Shown in pieces: positions 33,836 through 42,569 of a stretch of DNA of 64,000 nt. The DNA is from Sedimentisphaerales bacterium (GTDB lineage Bacteria > Planctomycetota > Phycisphaerae > Sedimentisphaerales > SM23-30). The translations under genes were made by a program, and so were the position numbers. The notes under the pieces are model-generated. The model ran no database searches and was not told the origin of the DNA. It was given only the letters and a program-made list of their open reading frames with translations. Numbering within the stretch: position 1 is the stretch's first letter; each line of letters starts with the position of its first letter. Location of the stretch: the NCBI GenBank assembly GCA_963663805.2, contig CAXXMR010000008.1:226691-290690 (forward strand), read 5' to 3'.

Positions 33836-34939
33836 ATGGAAACTATTGTAGCAATCGACCTAGGTAAACGCAAGAGTGCATTTTGCAAGCTGGAGACCGG
33901 CTCTTTGACAACCAAATACGCGACCGTCAGAACTTCCCCACAGGAGTTCCACGATATTTTCGCGCAGCTGGACCCTGAAAATTCCATCGTACTTTTCGAG
34001 GTCGGTTCTCAGGCCGGCTGGCTGGCGGACATGCTCACGGCGTTGGGCCTGCAATTCAAGGTTGCCAACGTCAATCATCCCGCCTGGAAATGGACCAACA
34101 ATCCCAACAAGTCTGACAAAGATGATGCTCACCGCCTGGCTATGATGTATCATCACGGCTTCTTTCCTGAAGTTCATGTCCCCAATAAACCGGTTCGTCA
34201 AAAACGCAGTCTCATCTATTATCGCCAAAAGCTTGTCAATCGCCAGACGCAGGTCAAAAACAGCATCCGGGCCCTGATGACTATCATGGCCATAGACCTG
34301 CCTGATGGCAAAAGCTGCTGGACAAAAAAACATCTCAAGCAAATAGAAACATTGGCTCAGCCCTTCGCTGAAATAGATAACCCCGAAGAACTCTGGCGTG
34401 GCCAACTGGATCTGGAACTGAAACAACTGGAGGCGCTAAAAAAATGTCTCGACCAGACCAGCGAAAAACTCAACCAACTCAATGACAAATCGGAAAAGGT
34501 AAAGTTGTTACAAACCGCCGTAGGAGTAGGTCCCCGAACCGCTGAGGCAATAGTCGCGGTTATTGATGACCCTCACCGTTTTAAAAACAGCCGCCAGGTT
34601 AGCAGTTATGTCGGTTTTACTCCCCGCCGCTATCAGTCCGGCCAAATGGACCGTACCGGCCGTATCAGCAAACGCGGCAATCCTCTTTTGAGGGCGTTAT
34701 TAGTTCAGGCCAGTTGGGCCGCTTTGCGATACGATTGGGCCCGAGAGATATACTTACGCGTCAGCCGAGGCAGCGCTAAACGACGTAAAATAGCCATAAT
34801 CGCCGTTGCCCGACATTTGCTTATTCGCTGCTGGGCCATGCTGCGCGACCATAAACCCTGGAAGTATAAAATACAAAAGGTATCAGTTAACACAAGGAGA
34901 AATCGACTGACCCCAACACCTCAGAGGTGCGTTCAATAA
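33836..34939 (+). CDS. IS110-family DEDD recombinase/transposase
   Basis: AIDLG, FEVG, KSDKDDA, GVGPRTA, YQSG...GRISKRGN. Confidence 0.95.
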   Translation: METIVAIDLGKRKSAFCKLETGSLTTKYATVRTSPQEFHDIFAQLDPENSIVLFEVGSQAGWLADMLTALGLQFKVANVNHPAWKWTNNPNKSDKDDAHRLAMMYHHGFFPEVHVPNKPVRQKRSLIYYRQKLVNRQTQVKNSIRALMTIMAIDLPDGKSCWTKKHLKQIETLAQPFAEIDNPEELWRGQLDLELKQLEALKKCLDQTSEKLNQLNDKSEKVKLLQTAVGVGPRTAEAIVAVIDDPHRFKNSRQVSSYVGFTPRRYQSGQMDRTGRISKRGNPLLRALLVQASWAALRYDWAREIYLRVSRGSAKRRKIAIIAVARHLLIRCWAMLRDHKPWKYKIQKVSVNTRRNRLTPTPQRCVQ

Positions 34940-35070
34940 AAAATGAATCCGGCTCAGGTCGCATCCTCGCCGGCTTCCCCCCGGCTGACGCCGAATATAA
35001 AGAACCGTTTACAATAACCAGATTAACCAGAACCTAACGACCATAAGAAAAACAAAATTGACATGATTGA

Positions 35071-35242
35071 AGCTCTTTAGTGATCGAGATCGAATACAGT
35101 CGAGCCTGACGGACACCTTGGGCCATTTGAGCCCGTACTTAAGAATAGGCCGACTGCCGCATAAGTTTAATAGGCCCGCGAAATCAAAATAATCCCGCGG
35201 CAACCTGAATAGGAGCATGAGACGACCGATCATAACCGAGCT
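35071..35242 (+). ncRNA. Candidate bridge/seek RNA
   Basis: Closing stems AGCTC/GAGCT and TGATCG/CGATCA; internal loop carries CGGACACCTT and TTAAGAA, matching the two IS flanks. Confidence 0.7.
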
Positions 35243-35647
35243 GCAGAAAAGGTACGTAAAGTGAAAAAAAAGAAAATCAAAAAAAACTAAAATCAACCTT
35301 GACACATCTGGCTTCATAGGAAGGTGTCCGGTACATTTAATTCTTCCCGGATTACGCGGATTTTTAACGGCAACTGCTAAGATATTAAACCACGACACGG
35401 AGCGAAGCGGAGAGCCCCGTAGGGAAATACACGAACGACACGAAAAAAAGTAATGTATTACTTTCGGGTGTTTAGTGTGTTTTGTGGTTCAAGTTTTTTT
35501 CTGCTGATCTCTGACATCTGAACTCTGATTTCTGATCCAGATACATCTATCTGATTATCTGCGACCGATTTACCTTATTCAATTGTTAAAGAGCATTGTA
35601 TCAAAAAATGTACCGGGGACCTTTAATTTACCCACCCCATTAAGCCT

Positions 35648-36205
35648 TTATGGATAAAGTTCTTCAGGAGTAGGCAGGTAAAGTCCACTAATATTAGCAT
35701 TTTCCAAGGCATCTCTTAATGATTGAGAAACAAGCAAATGGGATAGATAATTGGCTTCTCTTGCTAAGTTGTACTTAAACAAATCAGAATAGTATCGTAG
35801 TGTTGTGAACCCCATAATCGCATCTGTGCCAGAAACTAAGGAGTATTTTGAATCATCTTTATTAAGGATGTCCTGCTTTTTAGTGGATACAACAATATTG
35901 TAATCATCTGTTTCACCGTCTGATGCTATAATTTTTGCATTCAAAAATTGACATTCTTCAGGGGCCTTCTCTTTGAGAATCTTTCGTACTTTAAGATTTA
36001 CAAGAGGGAGCATAGAAGAGTTCGGGAGGACATCGTATCGCATCAATTTCGGCAAGGAGGCCTCAATGAAACGTATAGTTGCTAAGTCACACTTGTCTAT
36101 CGGTTCTCCCTCGGCAAGCATAAATCGATCAGGGGAACAAGTACGGTCATATTCTCCAATTAATTTTTCGGGATAGTATTCTGGTATTTCCCAAAGATAG
36201 ATCAT
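35648..36205 (-). CDS. Imm11/DUF1629-like immunity protein
   Basis: LPLVNLKVRKIL...CQFL...YNIV...LLVSQSLRDALENANISGL; directly after the AHH toxin. Confidence 0.7.
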   Translation of the reverse strand: MIYLWEIPEYYPEKLIGEYDRTCSPDRFMLAEGEPIDKCDLATIRFIEASLPKLMRYDVLPNSSMLPLVNLKVRKILKEKAPEECQFLNAKIIASDGETDDYNIVVSTKKQDILNKDDSKYSLVSGTDAIMGFTTLRYYSDLFKYNLAREANYLSHLLVSQSLRDALENANISGLYLPTPEELYP

Positions 36206-36221
36206 TATTTTAAACCCTTAA

Positions 36222-37457
36222 CTATTTGGCCCAAGGACGAGCATTTTTGTTTAATGCACGATTCCCTGATTTTAAAATTTGTCGCTCTTGTGATAGTAAT
36301 TCCACAAGCGCCTGATTGTATTGCTGCTTAGACCAACCTTGCTGACTCCCAATTCTCACTATAGCATCCATCTGTTTCTCCATATTTCGACTGATAGAAT
36401 TTCGATGCCGCCCTAAATGAATGGATCGGGTCGGATGTAGTAATTCGTCAGTTGGCAAATATATCAAATTCTTGCTACTATTCAAATCGAAACCCGCTAA
36501 TTCCAATAGTTCATGGTTCTTAGTCAAAATATTCTTATTACTAATTATATGGTGACTTTGGAAACCTTTTACAGACTCGACGCGATTAAAACCTTTTGGT
36601 GCAACATTATCGACTCCCTTGGTGTTATCAAGCATTTTAGCATAATCACTCACCTCGTCAACATATTTGCTGCCTTTCATAAGGTCGCCCAGCAGGAATC
36701 CGGCAGCGGCGGCACTTATAGTAATATAAGCATCTCTGGACTCACCATGCAAGGCATATGTTAAAGCATTAAAAGAATCGACAGGCTGACCTGGAATTGG
36801 GTCAAGGGCACCTAAAATATCTAAGCCTATATGCATAGCAGAATGTAGAGTCGGATTTTCTTCCCACCAAGATTGTGATTGGCCGAAGTTTGCACTTATC
36901 TGAGCATAATCGCTATGCGATACTAAAGCTCCATCCCAGGAAGTATGAATATCGGGGTCATATGCTGTAGCAGTTTGCTTGCCGGTATAATAATATTCAG
37001 GATAATCACCAAATTTATCTTTGTAAATACTCTCCAGAGAACCGCCACCATTCAAATAGGCCTCTCGAGCTTCCACAAATCGTTTATATTCCGAAGTAAT
37101 GCTATTTGCTTTTTTGCGCCAAGGCGTTTCCAAACCAAACGGATCAATCCCATTAACACCCATATAGGCGTTATAGAGATTCAGACCGTCGGCGTATCCG
37201 GCCGGGTCTTCGCTGAGCCAGCGGGCGTGGAGCGGGTCGTATTCGCGGAAGTGCGTGTGATATTTCCCGGTGAAGCGGTCGCGGTACATGCCGAGGTAAC
37301 CGAACGGAATATATTCACTGCGGCCGAGATTGTAAGCGGCATTGTCAGGATGAGTATTCCAACTGCCGCCGCCGGAGGGATCCCAGGATTTGCACAGACC
37401 GGTAGAGTTGTAATATAGCTGCTCCACCAGCGTACCATCATCCTTGACCAGCCCCAT
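36222..37457 (-). CDS. Orphan Rhs tip with AHH-type (HNH/EndoVII fold) nuclease toxin
   Basis: FGYLGMY...REYDPLHARWLSEDPAGYADGLNLY...IDPFGL; QSHHII...NSSKNLIYLP...HLGRH. Confidence 0.85.
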   Translation of the reverse strand: MGLVKDDGTLVEQLYYNSTGLCKSWDPSGGGSWNTHPDNAAYNLGRSEYIPFGYLGMYRDRFTGKYHTHFREYDPLHARWLSEDPAGYADGLNLYNAYMGVNGIDPFGLETPWRKKANSITSEYKRFVEAREAYLNGGGSLESIYKDKFGDYPEYYYTGKQTATAYDPDIHTSWDGALVSHSDYAQISANFGQSQSWWEENPTLHSAMHIGLDILGALDPIPGQPVDSFNALTYALHGESRDAYITISAAAAGFLLGDLMKGSKYVDEVSDYAKMLDNTKGVDNVAPKGFNRVESVKGFQSHHIISNKNILTKNHELLELAGFDLNSSKNLIYLPTDELLHPTRSIHLGRHRNSISRNMEKQMDAIVRIGSQQGWSKQQYNQALVELLSQERQILKSGNRALNKNARPWAK

Positions 37458-37556
37458 AACGCTGCCGCGGTCATCGGTTAGAACTTCAAACCTTATTCAA
37501 TTGCCAAAGAGCATTATGCCAAAAATGTACCGGGGACCTTACGATTTATCCCCAAC

Positions 37557-38012
37557 CTATACCTCAAGATCGTAGAGGCCATCCAGAAATTCTTGAAAGC
37601 TGTCCGCAATTAAAGTTATATTTGAAAAATCGGGAACTTCCCCAGCATCCGCTTCAAGCTCATGGTCCCAAAAATATATTTTACCTGAATACTCGCCTCT
37701 TATGCCTATGCAAATAACATTTCCCCCAGAATCTTCAGCAATTGGAAAAAGATCTATAGGCAATCTATTTTGCCTTAGCTCTATTTGCTTACCTAAGTTG
37801 TATTCATAATTTTTTCGAAATCCATAGAATAACTTTACGTCAGAACCATCATCAGTGTTTTTAAAATCAAAACAATTCGGTTCTGGGCGGCCACCGTTGT
37901 ATTTAAGGAGGAAGTCTCTATAATCTACAGGAAGCTTAATTCTGCATTTACTTTCTAAATCCACAATTTCTCTTTCTGAAATTGGTTCCTGTGAATCAGT
38001 CATTTTTACCAT
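37557..38012 (-). CDS. SMI1/KNR4 (SUKH) immunity protein, orphan
   Basis: LE....KLPVDYRDFLLKYNGG, PIAEDSGGNVIC, GKIYFWDHE, IADSFQEFL. Confidence 0.92.
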   Translation of the reverse strand: MVKMTDSQEPISEREIVDLESKCRIKLPVDYRDFLLKYNGGRPEPNCFDFKNTDDGSDVKLFYGFRKNYEYNLGKQIELRQNRLPIDLFPIAEDSGGNVICIGIRGEYSGKIYFWDHELEADAGEVPDFSNITLIADSFQEFLDGLYDLEV

Positions 38013-38042
38013 AATTCAACCATATGTAACATTTGTAACATT

Positions 38043-38441
38043 TTAATTATTTCTACGAACAAAAGCATAGTTGCCGCAGACCTTCTGCAATTCAATAGTC
38101 AAAGCGTCAGGATCAGTTTCTGCACCAGTAATATCTACGACAAGCTGTGTTTTCACCTTGAGGTTAGATGCAGCATCAGCGTCAAAGTTGAATATTACAC
38201 AGTCTTGGGTTACGACAACGCTAAGCAGACCTCCGTAACAAGAACGAGATTGATCACACACCATCAGATGCACACCATCTTGCTGAAGGGCTATATCTTG
38301 TTCTGAGGGTTCTAGTGTTCGTTGAAGCAAAATGTACTGGTTAGTATTAAATTGGTCATCCGCTAACCCAACCATCACCACATATTCATCTTGGTTTGCA
38401 TGAATAAAACCAGCCTCAAACTTATCAAGACAATCACTCAT
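38043..38441 (-). CDS. Imm10-like immunity protein
   Basis: VGLADD...YILLQR...QD...SCYGG pattern; directly after the deaminase toxin. Confidence 0.7.
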   Translation of the reverse strand: MSDCLDKFEAGFIHANQDEYVVMVGLADDQFNTNQYILLQRTLEPSEQDIALQQDGVHLMVCDQSRSCYGGLLSVVVTQDCVIFNFDADAASNLKVKTQLVVDITGAETDPDALTIELQKVCGNYAFVRRNN

Positions 38442-38464
38442 ACATATATCTCCTATAACTGTTA

Positions 38465-39577
38465 TTATGGGTTAATGTTTGTTGTCCAGTTGTTGGTGAT
38501 ACCACCTTCACGCCATCTGTAGCGAATTTTTGCGCCGCTATTTTGTGCTGCACGGTTCATGTAACCCTTGCATGAAGGACATGGAGGGCGTTGCCCAGTA
38601 ATTATCATACTTTGACTAGATTGTAATGGTATGCGAGTCACCGCTCGCGCCTCTGTATGACTTGCTAGTTGTCCCTTTGGAAAACCCATAGCTTTTTCTG
38701 CGGGTGTCATATTTCCGCTTATTAGTCGCTCATGCCTAATGAGTTTTCCTTGGGCATCACGTATTGCCACATTGGCATTGTGGTGTGCAGGGTCAACACC
38801 GCGTCTTATGGCATTTGACGGAATAAGATTATCCACACTACCTTTGAAATTGTCAACCATTTTGACTGTTGAGGGTACAAAGGGTAGTAGGCCGGCAAGG
38901 GCGTAGTAGTTTCCATTGCAGACTTCGGCGACAGTGCTGACAAAATCGGCTCCTTCGCTCATAATCGCCGGTATGCTAAAGTAGGCCTCCGCCATGGCGG
39001 CAGCATCTACGGACATATTGGCGGCGGCAATTGCTTCTAACTGTTTCAGTTCTGCGGCCCATTCACCTGCCCTAAAGTAAGAATCCGAACCTTTGAAGGC
39101 CCCGGGGTCATTAGAGCCGTATTTCATGGAAAGAACATTCTTACGCATTTCCCGGCTATCGCCCAAAGCCTGAAAGAAAGCTTTTCGGAGATAAAAAGCG
39201 GCGGTTACAGCATCAAGGTCTTCCTCGATTTCGATGTCTAATGGCTGGCCTTTAGTGAACCAAGAGCGGTCAACATCCCAATCGCCCAGAACATCCCCCA
39301 TATCAAAACTATGGCCGGAAGCTATAAATGCTCGCAATAGGATGTCGTCATAACCGAAGATATCGCTGTACGCTTCCATCATCTCCCGTTTGGATATTTC
39401 CAGCCCCAACGGATCAATCCCGTTAACGCCCATATAGGCATTATAGAGACTCAAACCGTCGACGTATCCGGCCGGGTCTTCGCTGAGCCAGCGGGCGTGG
39501 ACGGGGTCGTATTCTCGGTAGTGGGTATGGTATTTCCCGGTGAAGGGATCGTGGTACATGCCCAGGTAACCGAACAC
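38465..39577 (-). CDS. Orphan Rhs tip with zinc-dependent deaminase toxin (Pput_2613-like)
   Basis: Rhs core end ...IDPLGL; SGNMTPAEKAMGFP..LASHTEARA...PPCPSCKG; degenerate Rhs sequence continues to about 39780. Confidence 0.82.
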   Translation of the reverse strand: MFGYLGMYHDPFTGKYHTHYREYDPVHARWLSEDPAGYVDGLSLYNAYMGVNGIDPLGLEISKREMMEAYSDIFGYDDILLRAFIASGHSFDMGDVLGDWDVDRSWFTKGQPLDIEIEEDLDAVTAAFYLRKAFFQALGDSREMRKNVLSMKYGSNDPGAFKGSDSYFRAGEWAAELKQLEAIAAANMSVDAAAMAEAYFSIPAIMSEGADFVSTVAEVCNGNYYALAGLLPFVPSTVKMVDNFKGSVDNLIPSNAIRRGVDPAHHNANVAIRDAQGKLIRHERLISGNMTPAEKAMGFPKGQLASHTEARAVTRIPLQSSQSMIITGQRPPCPSCKGYMNRAAQNSGAKIRYRWREGGITNNWTTNINP

Positions 39578-39777
39578 CTGCGGTGGGCAGATCGCCGCGA
39601 GCGTTAATGTTTGAATCCGCTCCCGCCGGTCGCTGCGGCAATGGAGCTGTCAGGATGAGTATTCCAGTTGCCGCCGCCGGATGGATTCCAGGATTTGCAC
39701 AGACCGGTAGAGTTTAATGGAGCTGCTCGAGAATAGTGCCGTTAGTGGGATTAACCACACCCATTAAGGTGCCGCGG

Positions 39778-41016
39778 TCATCCAGCAGCGGGACATACTC
39801 TGTGCCGCTGATATTGTTCGATGGTCCAGGTCAGGACTATTACGAAGATGGGGATGGCCAGATACATTTTGCGGGGGCCGGCGGTGCTTAGGGACTGGCT
39901 GAGCCAATATGCGGCGAGGAAGTACAGCAGGATTCTTATCGCGGTAGGTTTGGGGATTTTGCGGATGATTATCAGCATATAAATCAGAGCGATGATTAGC
40001 CAGAAGACCAGTGAGTTGGGGATGGTGTAGAATAATGTGGCGGGGTTCTGGAATTTATAGTCGTAGGGGTAATTGAAGTACATCCGGCCTATATTGCAGA
40101 GCCAGTTATAGAAATATTTCGTGGGGTTCTGTTTGAGGTTCTTAATCGCCTGTTCGAACATGATGGAATCGCGTTCGAGGCGGGGTTTTTCCTGCAGCGG
40201 TTGGCAGAAGGGGTGATGGCGGCTTAGATTGTCATCCTGCATTACGCGGGCTTCAGAGTTCCAGAATCCGTATTCGCCGGTTGTGGGGTTAGTCATCCAA
40301 TAAAGATTTTCGCCGCCGGTGTTGGCCCAATAGAATACTCGGCCGGTTACGTGGTAGGTGTAAAACAGATAAGGGATACAAAGGGCAAAGGCCAACGCGA
40401 AAATCAAGGCAGCCCGGCGTCGCCTGATTTTGCTTTCAGAGTTTCTACAGAGAATCAGGCTGATAAACGATATCGCCAGAAATAAAACGATAATGTAGCC
40501 GACGAGTACTTTCGTCAGGGCCAAAGCGGCTAATGATATGCCCGCGGCGACAAGGGCAAAGTTGCTTTTTGTCTGGAATGTTTTTATGCTGAAGAACGCG
40601 AAGGCGGAAATCAGCAATAATGCCAGTGGTTCAGTGAGTAAAAACTGCATTTCCCATAGGAAGGGGACATAAAGGCCCAGGGCCCAGGTGGCGATGAGGG
40701 CTGTTTTGGATTTGACCAGATATGTCAGAGAATGGCCGGCGATGACCACGGCGGCGTAGAGCAGGAAAGGGTTAAACCATTTCAGGGTGTACCATGACAG
40801 GCCGAGTAATTTTCCGGGGGCGAGGAACAATGGATATAGTGGCCCGCTCATTAAAGATAGATTTTGGCCGGTGAGGATGCTTTCGACATCGCGGGCGTAA
40901 CGTGTTTCGTCGCCGTAACTCAGGTCTTCCTTAATGAACCAGAAGGCTACCGCACAGTACAGAATCAGGAGCGGCAGGGTTTTAATGAAGATGGCTTTTG
41001 GTGAGTTTTTTTTCAT
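39778..41016 (-). CDS. GT-C fold membrane glycosyltransferase (ArnT/PMT-like)
   Basis: GDETRY, PLYPLFLA, LLTEPL, multiple TM helices. Confidence 0.7.
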   Translation of the reverse strand: MKKNSPKAIFIKTLPLLILYCAVAFWFIKEDLSYGDETRYARDVESILTGQNLSLMSGPLYPLFLAPGKLLGLSWYTLKWFNPFLLYAAVVIAGHSLTYLVKSKTALIATWALGLYVPFLWEMQFLLTEPLALLLISAFAFFSIKTFQTKSNFALVAAGISLAALALTKVLVGYIIVLFLAISFISLILCRNSESKIRRRRAALIFALAFALCIPYLFYTYHVTGRVFYWANTGGENLYWMTNPTTGEYGFWNSEARVMQDDNLSRHHPFCQPLQEKPRLERDSIMFEQAIKNLKQNPTKYFYNWLCNIGRMYFNYPYDYKFQNPATLFYTIPNSLVFWLIIALIYMLIIIRKIPKPTAIRILLYFLAAYWLSQSLSTAGPRKMYLAIPIFVIVLTWTIEQYQRHRVCPAAG

Positions 41017-41648
41017 CAGGTTAGATAAGGGTTGTTTTTTGTTTCTTGTTGGATGGTAGTTTGGGGCCCGTGGCCGGGGTAGGCTATGGTTTGGGGGGGC
41101 AGGGTCAGCAGTTGGTTGCGGATGCCTTCGATGAGGGTTTGGCTGTTGCCGCCGGGGAAGTCGCAGCGGCCTATGCTGCCTGCGAAAAGGGCGTCGCCGG
41201 TGAAGACTACGTTGTCCTGAGCGGAATATAAACTTATACCGCCGGTGGTATGGCCCGGAGTGGGGAGGATTTGTAGAGTTATATCAGCGGCGGTGAAGGT
41301 TTGGTTTGGTTCGAGGATTTTTTCGGCGGGTTCGAAGGTGTAGTCGGCACCGAGCATAACAGCGAGATTTAGATTACTGTCGGCGAGCATGGGGGCATCC
41401 TGCTGACTGATGGCGACGAGTACATCAGGGAAATTAGCGCGGAGCAATGTCAGACCGGCGATATGGTCGCAATGGCCGTGGGTCAGCAGAATTATTTGAG
41501 GCGTTAAATTGTTTTGTTTGAGGTGGTCGATGAGGGGCTGAGCTTCCAGGCCGGGGTCAATGATGATGCAGTTGGTTGAATCTTCTTGGGCAGTCAGGAT
41601 GTAGCAGTTGGTCTGGAAATCGCCGAGGATGAGGGTTTCAATTTTCAT
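41016..41648 (-). CDS. MBL-fold hydrolase (glyoxalase II-like)
   Basis: THGHCDH, TPGHT, FTGDALF, YPGHG. Confidence 0.9.
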   Translation of the reverse strand: MKIETLILGDFQTNCYILTAQEDSTNCIIIDPGLEAQPLIDHLKQNNLTPQIILLTHGHCDHIAGLTLLRANFPDVLVAISQQDAPMLADSNLNLAVMLGADYTFEPAEKILEPNQTFTAADITLQILPTPGHTTGGISLYSAQDNVVFTGDALFAGSIGRCDFPGGNSQTLIEGIRNQLLTLPPQTIAYPGHGPQTTIQQETKNNPYLT

Positions 41649-41759
41649 ATTCTTCTCAGAAATAAGATATTAGATATAAGGAATAAGTTTAACGGCCTGG
41701 TTTCGCCTTTGGCGAAGTTATTTTATTACCATGTCGTTTGCGCTCCATGCTGCTGTTGG

Positions 41760-42569
41760 TTATTTTTTCTTCTGGGGGACAGGCAGGTCTAGTTCTTTTA
41801 GTACTTTTTTCATATCGTCCCAGACGCGGCGACGGTTGTCGGGTGAGTAGTTGCGGAGCAGATAGGCGGGGTGGTAGGTTGGGATGAGTTTGATGGGGTT
41901 TGCTAATGGTGTGGGCAGGTAGCTGTGGAATCTGCCGCGGAGCTGGCCGATGGACTGTTTGCTTTCGAGCAGGGTGCGGGCGGCATGAGCGCCGAGGGCT
42001 ACGATGATTTCGGGGTCGATTATCTGGAGTTGTTCGTGAAGGTAGCCCTGGCAGGCGAGTATTTCAGTTACCTGCGGGTCGCGGTTGTCCGGGGGGCGGC
42101 ATTTAAGGATGTTGCAAATGTAAATATCTTCGCGGGTGAATCCCATGGCGTTGATGATGTCGGTGAGCAGTTTTCCTGCCCGGCCTACGAAGGGGCGGCC
42201 TTGCTCGTCTTCGGTTGCTCCGGGTGCTTCGCCGACGAACACGATGCGGGCGTTGGGGTTACCTTCGCCGGGCACGGTGTGATTTCTGGTTTTGTGGAGG
42301 GGGCAGGCGGTGCAGCCGTGGACCTGCTGGGAGATGAGCAGGAGTTGTTCTTTTTTTTGTTCGATTATCGCTGAGTCTTTTTTAGATGGCATGGAAGTTG
42401 GTGTTGGGGTTGGAGTTTGAGATTTTGGTTGAGGAGCTTCTATAGTTTGATTTATGGCGGTCGCGGGGGTTGCTTTGCCCATGGGCAGCCAGTCGGCACC
42501 GAGGAACGCATCGGTTTCGAGCTGGGCCTTGATGGTTTTTAACAGTTTGTCGGGTGATGATTGGGTCAT
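41760..42569 (-). CDS. udg: Uracil-DNA glycosylase family 4
   Basis: [45 protein letters not shown]. Confidence 0.92.
   Translation of the reverse strand: MTQSSPDKLLKTIKAQLETDAFLGADWLPMGKATPATAINQTIEAPQPKSQTPTPTPTSMPSKKDSAIIEQKKEQLLLISQQVHGCTACPLHKTRNHTVPGEGNPNARIVFVGEAPGATEDEQGRPFVGRAGKLLTDIINAMGFTREDIYICNILKCRPPDNRDPQVTEILACQGYLHEQLQIIDPEIIVALGAHAARTLLESKQSIGQLRGRFHSYLPTPLANPIKLIPTYHPAYLLRNYSPDNRRRVWDDMKKVLKELDLPVPQKKK

Larger units (their letters stand above)
33727..35322 (+). mobile_element. IS110-family element, IS1111 type
   Basis: Subterminal IRs CTATGAAAGCCAGATG (33728) and CATCTGGCTTCATAG (35305); (G)AA core on both sides; long 3' non-coding region; TTGACA abutting the right IR. 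Confidence 0.88.
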
